Shown here in pieces: positions 21,182 to 35,036 of a stretch of DNA of 64,000 nt. Origin of the DNA: Amoebophrya sp. A120 (taxonomy: Eukaryota; Protista; Dinoflagellata). The position numbers and the translations under genes are program-made. The notes under the pieces are model-generated. The model did no database searches, was not told the origin of the DNA, and saw nothing but the letters and a program-made list of their open reading frames with translations. Within the stretch, counting starts at the first letter, position 1, and every line of letters begins with the position of its first letter. Where the stretch lies: the NCBI GenBank assembly GCA_905178155.1, contig CAJINV010000002.1, positions 2,446,369 to 2,510,368 of the forward strand. Direction: 5' to 3'.

Positions 21182-23987
21182 TTACTCCTGCACCCCCACA
21201 TACACCGTGTAGCCCGCGAACAGCAGAAACAAAATTCCCCCGCTCAACGCCACCTGCCGCTCCGTGATCGATTTCGCCAAAATCTTCCCCCCAATCACCG
21301 CAAACCCCGTGCAAATGCTGTGCCCTATGATCGCACCCAGCGTTACCCCGTACGGGTTTTGCGCCGCTGCGAGCGCGATGGTCGCGATCTGCGATCGGTC
21401 CCCCCATTCTGCGACGAAGGTGAGGATGAAGGACTGGGTCAGGATCTGCGGAGTGGTATCCTGTGTGAAAACGTCCCCGCCCCATAGTCAAGTTGGGAAT
21501 CCAGCAACACAAATCTGCAAGTTTTGGGAGCTGTGCATGAGAAGTTTCCCCCTGCAGTGTAGTGCTGGTTGGCAAGGGAAGCCGCATGAGAAAGCCATTC
21601 TCTCATCCTGTTTACAGCATTACAAATTCCAAAACGCGACTGGCAATGCCTCTCATGCAGGTGCGCATTACAAATGCTCGTGTCATTGCGCATTTGCATG
21701 ACAACTCTGGGGTGGGGACGTTTTTACAAATGATAAGTGGTTTTCTGGTCTTTTGCTCGACTCCTCGGGGATGTTGCACTGGTTCCACTATTTCTCGCTC
21801 CCAAGGTACCTCCGCTGGGAGAAGCGCCGGGCTTTGAGTTCGTCAGTATCAAAGTTATGAGAGTGCATGATTTTTCCCCCGTTCCCTCCTTTGAAGTTGT
21901 GGTACACGAGCAGCAATAGAGGCAGTGTAGGTGTACTGCCTTCCGCATGACAAATCACCGCACTTGGATTGTAGTACTGCTTGGGGTTCCAAAACTTGTC
22001 ATGCTAGCAGTGCTTTCTACCTACGGGGTACGTAGATGTGGTTTGGCACCTTGCATCACAAACGAGAGAGAGTGGAATCGTGCACTTTCATAAGATCCCG
22101 CGGACTCGCAACGTCTGTGTTAGTGTCGGAACCGGAGGTGGAGACCATTTTCTCCCGATCCTCATCAACGTTGGACTCGCCGGCAGTTGTGCTCATGGAA
22201 TCGACCTTTTTTCGTTGGATGGTGATTGTGTAGTGCATGCCAGACAGTAAATGCGGCTGCTGCATAGCATCACAAGTAGTTTTTGTCAACAAGAACGGCT
22301 TCTTCAAATTACTGATGCAAAAACTCCAAAGTAAAAACTGCACACCCATCAATCAATATCAAACCTCGCAAACGAGCAAGCCATAAATCACTTACCCCCA
22401 CAGCTTGGCTTTCCAAATCTAACCCGAATTCCGGATCCGTTGGCTTCCCGAGCGTGTGGCTTCCCTCCATCGACAGCGGGTCCGTCATTTCGGTCGCCAA
22501 CCCCTTCTCGGCCAGCTCGTGCTCGACCTCTTCGAGCTCCTCCGACACCTCCTTGCCCTCGCCAGAAAGGTACATCTGTCTCGCGTCCAACAGCATTTTC
22601 ACGCCGAAGTAAAGGAGGAGAACCACCGAAGCCCAGTGGGTGAGGACTTTAGGAAGGAGGTGCGGGACGGCGTGGCCCAAAATGGCGGAGAGAATCTTTT
22701 AAGTGTGACGATCATTTTTTTTGCATTCCAACTTCATTACCCATCATGTTTTGCATCACAGCATGACAAAAAGAAAAAACAACAGACACTCGTCCCTGTG
22801 AATAAAACAAAACCCTCAATAACCCATACCGTCATCAGCGCCAACGCCCCGATCGCCCCGGAAAACACCACTATTCTCGGATTGCTCATCGCCATAACCG
22901 CTGCGATGAAAAAGGTCCTATCGCCGATTTCCGTGGCAAAAATCATCCCGAGCGCGTTCAGAAACGCCGAGGAAAATCCGCCGTCTGCCTGGTTTTTTTC
23001 CAAAGTTGCTAGTTCTTCCGCGGAAACTTGCCCCAAAGCGGCCGCTGCGTAGCCGTTTTTGATCTTTGCGTCTTCGTGTACCCGTTGCTCAGTGTCTTGC
23101 TCGAGGTTTGTTTATGCGTTGCAAATATGCCTGGATCTGGGAAGTTGTCATGCTAATACATGAATGGCAAGATGACTACAGTACAACGCAGCCAAGCATG
23201 ACAAATTTTTCAACAGCACTGTGCTGCGTAATACGCATGAGAAGATGCGTTTTTGCATGACACAGCACCGTCACCATTCCGCAACGCGCATTACAGAGTT
23301 TCGGTTTCGGGGCATGCGAGGTCAGCATTAGAAATCTGGCACACTTCCAGACTCAGACATATTTGTATTTGATATTGTTTTTGCTGATGCAATATTTACC
23401 TGCTCGTTCTCCTCCAGTATTCTCCGCCCGGAGGGGCCGATGTTGATATTTTCGTCCTCTAGATCGTGGAAGAAAACGGAGGGGGTGCTGCTCGGATCGT
23501 CTGTTTTCCTGCTAGGTTGAACGATGCTACCTACTTCCTCGGACTCGTCTCTCTGCTTTTTCCGAACTGTTTGTTTGTGCAGGCTGGTAGAAGATGATCC
23601 TTGGCCTTGTTCTCTCGTGCTAGTCCTTGTGCGTTTCTCATTTTGGTTTTGGTTTTCTTCTTTCAGCTTCTGTTTTGCTAGGGCGCTGGCGTCTTCGCGA
23701 AGAAGCTTCCGGTTGAAGTGAAGCTGCAGGCTGTCGCGCAAGACTTCTTTCTCTGCTGATGTTTCCGCTGCTGTCAATACACTTCTTCCGTGCTCCGCTG
23801 CAATGCTGCCTTTTGCGTGTTGAGTTTCCCCCGAAGAAGACGATGTTGCTGCTGTTGTTCCTGCTTTTATCGACTTCGCGTTGTGCATCAGACTGTGCTC
23901 CTTGTCCTCCGATCCTTTTACCGCAACACAAACGGCGGCGCGAAACACCGCACCGCACATCAGCCAGCTCTGGCGGCGAGCGGCCAT
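21182..23987 (-). CDS. GDT1: GDT1/TMEM165 (UPF0016) Ca2+/Mn2+ transporter with long N-terminal extension, ~579 aa
   Basis: Two family motifs, EIGDRTFFIAAVMA and EWGDRSQIATIALAA. Exons 23987-23375, 23107-22830, 22695-22396, ~22256-22093, 21850-21736, 21451-21182 total 1740 nt in frame. Confidence 0.9.
21457..21735. mobile_element. Introner family B, 279 bp
   Basis: TSD AGTGG; TIR present; frame restored (KTT|PQILTQSF). Confidence 0.92.
21856..22092. mobile_element. Introner family F (TATGAxAGTGCA), 237 bp, decayed TSD
   Basis: TIR TATGAGAGTGCATGATT/AATCGTGCACTTTCATA; flanks AAAGT/AGATC; removing element plus 5 nt keeps frame. Confidence 0.7.
23113..23374. mobile_element. Introner family A, 262 bp
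   Basis: TSD TTGTT; TIR present; frame restored (SAKT|NLEQD). Confidence 0.9.
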
Positions 23988-24366
23988 GGTTCTGTTTTTT
24001 GTTTTGCTGAGAAACAAATGCTTTCACCCTGCTCAGTGTCCGGACTCTTTCCCTACTTGTCGGACTTGTTCAGATGTAGTAGATTCACGGTTGCCTCAGG
24101 GTAGGCAGAGATAGCACGGCTACTCTGAAACAAGAGCTGTAGAACCAACCTCAGAAAATAAGTGGTCGAAGCACTACACATCTGTTTGTTCACCTAAATT
24201 ATCGCACCTCTAGCTCACGGCAAGAAGAAGTTTTCAGAAGACGGGGGGCACACGACACGCACTTACACATATGACGAGACGAACATCATCGAAGAGCCGA
24301 ACGCACAATGTCTGCGCGCGCCCACGGGTGGACGAGCAGAGACTACACCGAGTAGACTATCGATAC

Positions 24367-24786
24367 TTACGCGCACTTTCGAAGTTCATCCATCGACAAG
24401 AACTGCAACGCGAACGTCTTGTACCGATTATACTCTTGAAAACCTTCTTTTCCTCGTTCTAGAGACTCTAATCGGTTGATCGTTTCTCTGCTCGTCAAAT
24501 CATCGTATTTGTAATGCACTTGGCTTGGCGAGCTAGGCGAGTCAGCACTTACAAATGAGGAAAGTCCGCCAAAAAGACCTCTGCTTGTTGGCTCTGGCGG
24601 TTGGGTAATTTTTACTTTTAGGTCGTCGATCTTTCGCTGTAGTTCCGGAATTGCAGTTTCTTCGTAGTATTTAATTCGGATTTCTAAGACCTTCGCCTTA
24701 TCCTGAAGGGCAAGAATATCTGTACCTAGATCCGTAGATTGAACATCTTCAATCGCAAGGCGGGTACGCTTTGGTGAGCGTTCCAT
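24367..24786 (-). CDS. Intronless 139-aa ORF with coiled-coil segment, possibly mobile-element associated
   Basis: ATG-started ORF with heptad-like LQDKAKVLEIRIK...LQRKIDDLK; its 3' end contains the repeat also found at ~26070 and ~27216. Confidence 0.35.
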   Translation of the reverse strand: MERSPKRTRLAIEDVQSTDLGTDILALQDKAKVLEIRIKYYEETAIPELQRKIDDLKVKITQPPEPTSRGLFGGLSSFVSADSPSSPSQVHYKYDDLTSRETINRLESLERGKEGFQEYNRYKTFALQFLSMDELRKCA

Positions 24787-27268
24787 ACTGAACTTTCAAA
24801 AGAAAGAATAAAAGACAAACTTACAACGGACTTAGCGTTGAATATTACATTTTCGTACAGCGGTTAAGCTGAAAATAATTCTTACCGTAGATTTTATGAA
24901 GCTACGTCTTCCGCGTACACCCCCTATAATCTAACCCCTGTTTGTTCCTGTTCCCTCCACTGCCAGCGTTTTGCTCTAGTGGTTTTGCGTTATCTATCCT
25001 TAGCTTAGTATAACCTACTCTCCGCTACCACTGCAGAAATAGAAAGCCATCTAATTCTGTAAAGAAGCGCTTTGTGGATAAAAGAAGTAGAAAAACGCAC
25101 TATTGTGGACCCTTCTGTTCCTGTCTAGAATGGGCGGGATTCTCCATTTTTCTGGATCTTTACTTAAAGGTAAGGGGGCCACTTTCTAAAAGAAAAACAA
25201 GCTTTGTTCGTCTTCAGCTAGGACGAGGACACTCATTTTTCTGGATCTTTCAAAACACTACCTTAAAGCTTAAGGAGAACTTGGTTAAAGCAAGCCGGAT
25301 CATACCGTGATAAGTAACTTGAACCTCAGCTTTAGTTGCGAAAAAGGGAAAAAAGAGAGAGAAAAAAAGGCAAGCGCATTCTGCTTGACTTTTACTAGAG
25401 CAAGAGCTACTGCAAACCTTAACTTCGTTTTTCGTATGCATTTCCTGTTTTTCAAAAAAATTACAACTTCACTTTAAACCCTGCCCTTAACCTCCTCCGA
25501 AGCTCCAGATAAGACCACCCCCACGCCCGCCGCTCGTTAACAGTCGTATCGCAGGAGACACCGAGAGCACAGTAAGCACACCAGAAGACCTCCGATCCGT
25601 AAGAACAAGACCTGGATAAACACCATAACAGCCCGGAGTCCTTTTTTTCAAGTTTTTAACGTTTTCGACTACGAAGCCAGGTATAGATCCACGCCCCGCC
25701 AAAAGACCGAAGGAGGCATAGCTGCAGCACCGAGGCCTCGACCCGCCGCCCGAAGGCGGAGCACATCGACTCATGGTCGGAGGGCGTAGAAGACAGCGTG
25801 ATGCAAAACTGCTGGAGACAACAACTCAGCACATGACACATCGCGAAATCCATGATGCAAACGATCAGCACACGATCTTCTTCACCCAGCCCCACGATGT
25901 CGCTGCTCCACAACCTGTTCACAGCCAGCAACTCATCGATCTCCACGCATCCCCGATTTCAAACCCCTCCGAGCAGAGACGCTAGTACTTGCGGAGGCTT
26001 TAACGGAGGACTTGATCTTGAGTACAGGAAGGGCAGAACTACAACGAGTACGACTTGATCTTGAGTACATCGACAAGAACTGCAACGCGAACGTCTTGTA
26101 CCAGAAGAGCAGCTACAGCTCGTTAGGCTGCGAACTTTTTCGAGAACAGTCGAGAGGTGGGCCTGAAACTCGTCGAAGGCTAAGGACACGCCGCCCCCTT
26201 TCTTACTGCCGTCTGCCGGGGCGTAGGCACTGCATATCGCGATGTATGGAAGCCGCAGGCCGATGACGCGGGGCTGAGAATGAACACGAAAATTCCCGCG
26301 CAAGATTTCTTTGATCCACTTGCGGTTAAACAGGACGATGGCAGCGCCGTTAATCCAAAGAACAAGCCAACGGGAATCCGGGTCGATGGACGTGGAGTAG
26401 GCGTCGGGCGGGCACTCATCGGCACCTGCCGCATCGTACGAAAACTCGCTTGCACAAATACCGTCCAACCGAGGGCCACCACGTAAATGAGCGTCACAAA
26501 AATGCTGCAGGATCATATCGCGCTGCGCAGACTGGAACTTCCCCTGGAAGTTAACGGTGACAAAATGCGCAAAGAACCCCTTTTTCCTCCTGGCCCTGGT
26601 GCGGCGCGTATGTGGTGTTACTGGAATCTTCTCCGCAGTACGGATGCCCGGGTCCCAGATTTACCATCTTCAGTACGGATGCCCTTCTACGCAGTTTTTT
26701 TGATGGAGGAAAATATCGTTTTTTTCCCCGAACTCTTGAGACGCCGCAGCAACTTGTTCGAGCAGTTCCTCCGGGATTGTGCTGTAATTGGAGAGGTTGA
26801 TGCCCGTTTTCATTAACACGTAACTATCGTGTGTGCACTTCTTGTGCGGTCGGACGAACACATACCCGGCCCAGATTGGGTTGCCGTTCGCATCCAGAAG
26901 CTTCGTCTTCTTCTCCGGATCCGACGGGTCCTTCCTCCAGCCCAGTCGTTGGACAGTCCCGAACAAACGCTCTCCCAACTTCGGTCTTGGTATCAAATCC
27001 CCATCCTCCATCAAAGCATCACCTTCCGGCATCGTGTTCGTGTAGCAGGTGACCAGGCAACAAGTTAACGTTGTTCTGCACGTGCAGGAGACGGTGAAAG
27101 CAGAAGCACAGGGCAGACGCACACTACAGGGACGGAAACAACGACATTGTTACAACGACATTGTTACAACTTTTGTTCATCCTTAAACATTGTTACAACT
27201 TTTGTTCACCCTTAAACAAGAACTGCAACGCGAACGTCTTGTACCAGAAGAGCACTTACAGCTCGTTA
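24391..27268 (+). repeat. Dispersed direct repeat ACAAGAACTGCAACGCGAACGTCTTGTACC(AGAAGAGCAxxTACAGCTCGTTA), 3 copies (~24391-24425, ~26068-26124, ~27216-27268)
   Basis: Read directly from sequence. Short tandem duplications sit beside two copies (ACTTGATCTTGAGTACA x2 at ~26009-26069; ACATTGTTACAAC x3 at ~27144-27199). Confidence 0.85.
26125..27130 (-). pseudogene. Truncated non-LTR retrotransposon (LINE) fragment: upstream ORF remnant plus N-terminal half of an APE-type endonuclease
   Basis: The frame upstream of ORF 25959-26516 reads FVTVNFQG...LDGICASEF...IAICSAYAP...FDEFQAHL, matching the xxNxxG, DxxxxxE and SAYAP motifs of LINE endonucleases. No RT follows. A 14-bp duplication CAGTACGGATGCCC (26636/26671) lies at the ORF junction. 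Confidence 0.6.
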
Positions 27269-27875
27269 TCAAGTGAAGCGCTAGTCGGGATATTGTACAA
27301 AGAAAGTCTTAGCACAAGAGCAAAAGAGATGCAGTCCGTCACGCGCAATTTGCATGACGAGCTGAGTGAATCGCACTTCATTCTTATCAAGGTGTGAAAC
27401 TTTCAACAATTTTTGAAACAACTCGGGGTAGGTTCATATTTTTCGCTATCGATACGTACATTGCGGTAGCACAAGTTGTAGTTGACACTCCCTAATTATC
27501 GTCTCTGCATTTTTTTGTCTGTAACTGCATCTTGTAAACGGTAAGAACGGTTCTTACAGTGGATACGGGTTGCTGATTTAGAAATCATATTTGGCAAATT
27601 CATTTGGTAAGTGATATATTTGACATTCACAACATATTGCTTTCGCTATAAACGAAGATTTTCGATTGCAAACTGAAACTTATCTGACGAAACCGTGCAA
27701 AAAGAGTAGTTCCTTGTGGTACCTAGAGGTCTAACTACAGATTTTGAGCCCATCTTTGTACACGACTAGTGTAAGCACATAGGTAGTAAGCAGTATTGTA
27801 GCCGAAGGGGCTACTCCTACTTATTCATTACACCGCTCAGCTACACCTCCTCCGTAGTACAAGTGGTCTACGCCC

Positions 27876-30800
27876 TCAACTTTCCCCCGCGATCGCCATC
27901 GCCACATCGTAGTCATCCGGCGGTGGAAAGTGGTCATCGTCATACTGCTGGTGTTGTTCCCCTTGTGCTACTAGCTTTTCAGCATCACAACCAGCCACTG
28001 TAGCTCCTTTCGCTTCATCGTCCTGCTGGTTACTTGAAGAAACTATTTGTTGATCATCTGCTACTGCATGGTCTAGATTCAGTGGTGGCAACAAACCTCG
28101 GCGACCAGGAGCTTATTGAGAGGAAAAATCTCCCCTCCCCATATTGAAAAGGTATGTTTCCAAAAATTTGTGTAGCGCATTTGAGGTCACAAATCACATC
28201 TGTCTTGCAAGAAGACAAGGGCAGAAGCTTCCGCCCCATTATGAAAGCGATTTGTCATGCTGTTGGGCCCAAAGGGGGGACGTTTGCCATGCTGAAATAC
28301 TAGACCCATACGCCCCTACCTAGCCCGGGGATCTGACCGCAATGCTTTCCTGCAATACAAATCTGATTTGTGTACTCAGATCCAGCATCAGAAATTTCGT
28401 TTTGATATGGGGAGGGGGGATTTTTCCTTTTGATAGAGCTGTTCCTCCTGTCATCGCAACTCCCGGCGTGGTGTGCGGCCTACTATTCACCTCGACATCC
28501 AAAATCTCCGCGTCCGTTGGGGAAATTGTCACCGTCATGGCGTTGTCTGGCGACCTGGTTAGCCGCGTTATTTCTGTTGCAGTTCCTCCTACATTTTGAT
28601 CCGCGGCGAATTCGGGTAGCAAGTGCGGGGGTAGCATGAACTCTTCCTCAAACCCGACCAAATCCGTCGCCTGACTCTCGGCTTGCAGTGACCGGGAATT
28701 GAGACTAAGATTTGGTTCTTTCTTCTTCCTATTCCCTCCGCCGGCACTCATCCAATTCCCCGGCGTTGTGTTCGGCCTTCTGGTGTCAAGGGAGGAGGAA
28801 TAGGAATTCGTTCCATTTCGGTAACTGTCATCATGATTCATTTTCCCGCTCGCAAAGGGTGTTTTCCCGCCATTTCCGCCGTTCAATTTCTCAATCATCG
28901 CGACCTCGTACGCCGGCCGCTGCTTCAATATGACAGTGCACAACTCCCCCTCCGCCTCGTTTGTAATGCAAAATCCGAAGTCCTATCGTTGCGATGTCGA
29001 TGCGGCACGGTTTGCATGACAAATCTTGGGAGCTCAAACAGCACGACGCTAGGCGCATCAACTTGTCATGCGCAGGCTCTATTTGAGCTGGTGGCTGTAT
29101 TGCTGTTCATGCCATACAAATGAGGGGGAGGGGGACGAGTTGTGCACTCTCATATTCAACTTCAACCCGCCGCGACTAGCGAAGGCGCGGAACCGGCGGT
29201 AGTCGGAAACGGAGATCTATGGATTGCAAAAATGTCTGGGTCTGGAAACTTGTAATGCTGCGTTGGAAATAGTGAATGCTCTGTAATGCACAGCCAAGCA
29301 TGAGAAATATCTGCGCTTTTTTGTGTTGCGTTTTTCGCATGACAAACTGCTTTTTTGCATGACAGGCAAAAGGGTCTCTTCTTGGACACGCATCACAAAC
29401 TTTTTGGTCATGCCAGACAAGCACGACAAGTCTCGCAATCTTCCAGACCCAGACATTTTTGCATTTGATAAGATCTTGTTCTTTTCCAACGCGTGTTTTA
29501 GTTTGAAATCTAATGACTGAACGTTGGACTTTTTCAATTTCAAAAACGTTTTGCTGTAGCCGGCGGAATTCAGCAAAGGATTCGCGGTCAGTTTGCGGTT
29601 TGATACAACATCGGTTGTTGTATTCATCCCTGGAAGATCGTAGGAGTGAATTTGCTGGTAGTAATCCACTTGCTGCTGATGAAGATTATCCTGCAACTTA
29701 TCGTAGTTGTGCTGGCCGAAGACAAATTCCGTTGTTTGCAAGAGATTCTTGTCCTTCTGCTTCTGGTTCCATTTCGACCGGGGCGGGGTTAGATGCCGGT
29801 GCTGGGAATTACCATGGGGGTGTTGGTCCTGATTTGTTCAGGAAGAAAAATTGACTGAAGTTGCGATTATGCTGCTAATGTAAGTAGTCGAGAACAGGCA
29901 TGAAAAAAAAATGCGTGATCGTACAGATTCTGCATCACAACAAACACTAAAGACACGAAAACTATGCAGCAGTACCAGTCTCCCTCGGTGCACGGACCCC
30001 AACATCAAACTTGGATCCGTCATGGAATTGTAGCTCCAATTGAAAGCCCCGGCACTCCCTAGATGAGCATGGTCCTTCTCGTAGTCTTCGCTGGAGATCA
30101 GGGACAAAGAGTGAAGGTGATTCTCCCCCAAATCGTAGATCAGCGACTGGGATAAGGATTCCAGCTGCGTGCTCAATTTTTTCCCGGTTGCGACGGTTCC
30201 GTTCTTCCGCATGCGCATCCTGTTACCCTGCTCCTCGTGCTCGTCCCGAAGAAGTTGGGACCGGAGGGACGGGTTAGAAGGCGGGGAGAGGAGTTTTTGG
30301 TTTTGCTGCTGCTGCTGTTGTAGTGCTGCGGTTCCGTACAACGGTTTGATAGGGTCGAGTTTGTTGTTGTTTACAACTCCATGATACGCCTGATTATTAT
30401 ACACCCGCCCCGTCACCGGATCAATCTCACCACCCCCTTCCACTCCAACCAATTCCCGTGGTGACCTCGACGCCGACCGACTCCGCCGGCTTTTCGACGT
30501 GGTTAGAGAGTTGTTCAAAGAGTCTTCCTGTCCACTACTAGACGGTCTTCCTTCCGACAGCCGCTGATAGACCGCTGATCGGTCGTTCGGATTATGCTTC
30601 TCCCGCTCGAAGGTGGTTACTGTGGTGAGCACGCCGAAAGGGGGCTGGTGGACGTGATTGTGGGAAGAGATGGTGTTTGTCACGATTGTGGTGGTCGTCG
30701 GGGAGCCAGAAGCGGAGGCGGAGGCCGAGGCGGAACTACTATTCACACCGTCAACCGTCGTAGAAGCGGAGTTGGAACTAGAGGAGGAATTCGTCCGCTT

Positions 30801-33800
30801 CACAACTGCTCTTTTCTCCTTGAACCCCGCAAATTTCCACCCGTCTTGTTCCAGCTGCTCCCCGTGAAGCTCGACGGAAATATTGTTTGTCGAAGTTGTA
30901 GCTCCTGCGCCGTTGAAATTATCTGCGAAGAAATTATCCCTGCCTGCAACTTCATCCTGCTCGTGGTGTTCATACACGGAGATTTCGTCCTTCAACAAGT
31001 CAAAATTTGTCCCGGTGCTGCTGTGGAGGAAGCTTGTGCGGTTCGACATTCGCGGACTTGGTTGTTTCCGGTTGCTGTTGAGCATACTCCGCGGTCTCGG
31101 GCTCCGAGAGGAACTATGCCCCCGCAGGTTCAAACCACTACCCTGCTCTGCTGCTGCTTTGTCAGAAGGATTGTTCACCGGTCCTCGGTTAACACTGTTC
31201 CTCGTCCTATTTTTCCCCCGGCTCTGCAGCCCCGACCGACTCCCCACACCGACGAGTGGCAAAAATTGTTGCTGAGAAACTCCACGCGGCGGGGAAATAA
31301 AACTCCCGTCCTTCCGGTAGTTGCTGTTTCTCGCAATGGCGTTGGAGAACAAGCTGTGATCGGATAGCAATTTCTCCGAAATAATCTGACACTCGAGCGG
31401 CACGAGCGTTTTTTCCTGTCCGGGTTTTAGGACCTGTTGCTGCTGATATTGTGGTCCGCCTGTTGTTGATTCTGCAGCTGTTCCGAGGATGACGGAAGTC
31501 GTGCTGTTCTTGTTTGCGTTCTCGCCTCCTCCAACCGTCCCATCGGACCCCGTGTTTGAACTGAGCGACTCATCCCGCACCATACTGGTCCCGTCCTCCC
31601 CTCCCCACCCCGGGAGTCGGCTCACCGCGTGGTACCTTTTCACGTTACTGGTCGTAACTGTTACCACTCTTGGTGGTTTCAACGACAAGTTATTTTTCGG
31701 CTTACTGCTACTTTTCGACGCATTTTGGACGGAGTGGAGAATGCTGGAAAAATTTTCCTCGTCGTGACTGAACTCTTCCAAAGACTCGTCTAATAGCGAT
31801 CGGGTCGTGATGTGTGTGTTTTTCTGCTGGGAGAAATCATGATTTGGATTCGCATTGTTGTCCAACACATGCTCCCAATCCTGCTCGACAGAATTTTCGA
31901 ACAAATTACTATCTTGCGCCTGAATCGCGGCGATGACGTCATCGACGGTCTTCTCCAATGTGTTGGTCGCCAGGTTGGAGAGGAGAGGGTTATGATTGTT
32001 CCCCGTCGTGGTTCTCACTCTCTGCGATGTGTTGAAACTGCTCCCCGAGTGCATGTCTTCGTTGTCATCTTCAGTGAGTAAAACCGGCTCCGTGATCATT
32101 GAGTTTTCTTCCACAATCCTTGGCTGCTCGTCCTGATCTGTTGTGATGGACAGGTGGGAAAAGTTGTGCTGGGAGAGCTTATTGTGGTCCTGGCTTTCGG
32201 TCGTTTGAAGAGGATTGTTCTCGATATTATCGTGCAGCCCGTGGTCAGGTTTTCGGTGTTGAAACTGCTGTTGCTGCAAAGATAGCGCAACTGGATCCTC
32301 CGATGGTGTACTCCTCGAGGACCCGGGGAGAAGCGGCGTGGTTGTGCCTGGTATATCGGGTGGAGTGCCATTTCCCTCTGGATTTTTGCCTGTATTTGAT
32401 CCAATCCGTGGAAGATGAGCCGCAATCTCCGTCTCGGTCTCGGTCGGGGTGGTGAAGTCCAGGCCGACGTTGGAATCACCGCCCTGCATAGGGGGTACTG
32501 CTGCTGATGAATTCTGCAACAAATCCACTTCAGGTTTCACCTCTTTCGGTTCAAACTCACGGCGCAGCACGTTTTGTTCAAAACAAATTTGTGCTCCCTC
32601 GGTTTCCGGACCAGGACCTCCTGTTCCACTAGACGAGAAGATTTCCGCGTGCTGTGCGGCTCCCTTAGATGGACCTGCAGCAGGCTGTGGAAAATTCTCC
32701 TTCAAATCAATTGTCCTTGTCACCTTCTCCAAATCCAACCGCGGCGGCGACCCCGGGCGGGATAAAGTTTTCTTCACAGTGCCGCCTGGAGATCTGTTCG
32801 TCGTCCCTGTGGCGTTTTGTTCCCCTCCAGGAGGAGCGGGCTGGGATTGTGGCCGTCGTGAGGGGACGTTTGCTGCTTGATCCATTGGCGGTGACCGCGC
32901 AGGTGGCAAGGACTCGTCCAAACCTGAAGAGGAAGATGAGACTGCAAGAACCCCGGGCGCAACAAGACCTACCGGGCTGTTCGCTGCCCCAGTGTTCACA
33001 CTAACCGAGTAGTTCTCCACGCCGGTGGGACTCGCATTTTGCTGGAGTAAGTGGTGCACAAATTGTTCCCGGTTGTGCGGATGCTGGGTGTAGTGGTGCG
33101 CGTTACCGCGTCCTCCGGTTCCTAACAACGACAATCCCTGTCCTACGACAAACCCTTCGATGGGGGAAATCGCAGCAGCTCCCACACTGTAACTCGCGGA
33201 ATTTTCCTCTTCTTCGTTGTGTCTTTTTTCCGCCTCGGTGGAGTGAAGGTGTGGTTGCTGCGGTAAGACATGGGAATCCTCCTCCAGCTTCACGATCTGC
33301 CTCTGGACCTGTCTGCTGGCCGGACGGGAAACAACTCGGCACATGGAAGAGAGGACTTCTTTCGTGTCATCAGACGCAAGGGAAATGACAGTTTGGGGGA
33401 TGATGGACTTACTTTTAGAAGTGGTCGTTTTTGCCGCTGATGTATTTCCTCCCGCAGCTGAAGAGGAAGAAGATGCTCCTGCGACTTTATTCAACCCCCC
33501 GCCTCCGCCAGGCGTGGTTCTTGGTCGGCGGAGGCTGTTTACCGTTCCTGCTGCCGTCCCACCACTTTTCGCCGCCGTTCCACCAGTCGCAGCTTTGGAC
33601 GAGGAAGAGGCTGCTGCTCCTCCTGCAGAAGTTCCGTGATTGTTCCTCACTCGTGAAATGTTGATTTTCCAGTTGTCAATCCACTCATCCTTGCCGAAGT
33701 TGTTCTGCCGGCTTTTCGTACCCCGCTGCCGAGCAGGTACTGCACCACCGGTCTTTTTCCCGGTAGGGACAGTGCCTGCATCCTCTTCTTGCGCACCGCT

Positions 33801-35036
33801 GGTTGTGTTGTGCACTTTCTTGTTTCCCATCGTCAAGGGGAACTGGAAATCCGGTAAGGTTTCCACCTCCAACGTCGGGAGAGGAACATAATCCCTCGGC
33901 TGATTCGCGGTTTTGTTCACGCCAAACGGGTCCGCCAACGTCCCCCGCGGAACCAAGTTCCCACTCACGGTACCGCGGACCAGGCTGGCGTTGGGGTTGA
34001 AGATAGGTGGGTTATTTGTCATGCTTCCTGGTATTGTGGTGTTCTGGTTGTTCTCTTTCTCCAACACCTGCTGCTTCAAGTTTTCCGTGATGTTTTGCAC
34101 ATCCTGCGTGAGCTGTTGTGCCTGCGCGGAAAGCTGCTGCGCTGTTCCCGTTCTTGCCGTGGAGGACTGATCGTTTGCGGCGTTGAACAAGTTCGCTCCA
34201 ACCGTAGAAGCAGCTTTGTCCCTTGTTCCGTCCGCAGCTTCTGCGTCCCCACCCTCGAGCTGCTGGCCCTGCAATTCATTCTCCTGCGTGCTCGGACAAC
34301 CAATTGACGCTACAGAAGACGGAGCAACTATCGGCGAGACCGGCGCTAAAGACGTCGGTGGGCTCTGGAACAGATGAGCGGTCGCCGGGTTGGCGGTCCA
34401 CACTAAAGGCAAGTTTGGATTACTACCAGGATCCACTCCATCCACGACGGAAAGTCCGCCGTTCGGGTTCTGTTGCTGCATCGGCGTTGTTGTAACTCCT
34501 CCTAACAGACCGAACGTCGGCGACAACAACGGAGCGTTCTGGGTCAAGATCACGTGCTGTTCCCGGCTTTCATTCCCGATACCAACTTTGTTCAGTTTCT
34601 GCCGGTCCTTCGGGAACCGCGTGACAACAACGTCTTGGTGGTCTGAAGAAGCGGAGGATTTTTTCGCCATTTGGTCCCGGAAGTCCAGCATCTCCACGTT
34701 ACTAGGGTGACTTGTCGTGAAATGGAACTCGTACTCGTCTGGGGCGGGCGGTTGCGCCGCGGTTGGAGGACCGTGGATGATTTTGTTGCTGTTGTTTAAC
34801 CCGTAGTTTGTCATGCTGAACGCCGCATGGTTTTGATGTTGACCACCGCTAAGGGGTGAAGTCCCACCAGCACCCGGAAGCGGTGCAAAATGATTCGTTA
34901 CCCCGAGAGACTTGCTGACACCGAGGGAGGAGCGACGGGTTAAGTGCTGGTTATTTCCGGCGGGCGCAGGAGTTGACGTGGTTGAACTACAACTACTTCC
35001 TATTGCAGGCGCCGTGCTCGGCTTGGTCACGCTCAC
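27876..35036 (-). CDS. Large low-complexity (S/T/G/N/Q-rich) hypothetical protein, >2000 aa; 5' end uncertain, probably extending to ~35709
   Basis: A 5-kb open exon ends at 29976, then GT-AG intron 29829-29975 and exons 29828-29471, 29212-29155, 28923-28436, 28108-27876, all in frame after introner removal. Recurrent RP(x)TTPG motif. Confidence 0.75.
28114..28435. mobile_element. Introner family D, 322 bp
   Basis: TSD GAGCT; TIR present; inverted relative to 4143-4463. Confidence 0.9.
28929..29154. mobile_element. Introner family F, 226 bp
   Basis: TSD TTCAA; TIR TATGACAGTGCACAACTC/GAGTTGTGCACTCTCATA; frame restored. Confidence 0.9.
29218..29470. mobile_element. Introner family A, 253 bp
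   Basis: TSD AGATC; TIR present; frame restored (KNKI|SVSDY). Confidence 0.9.
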
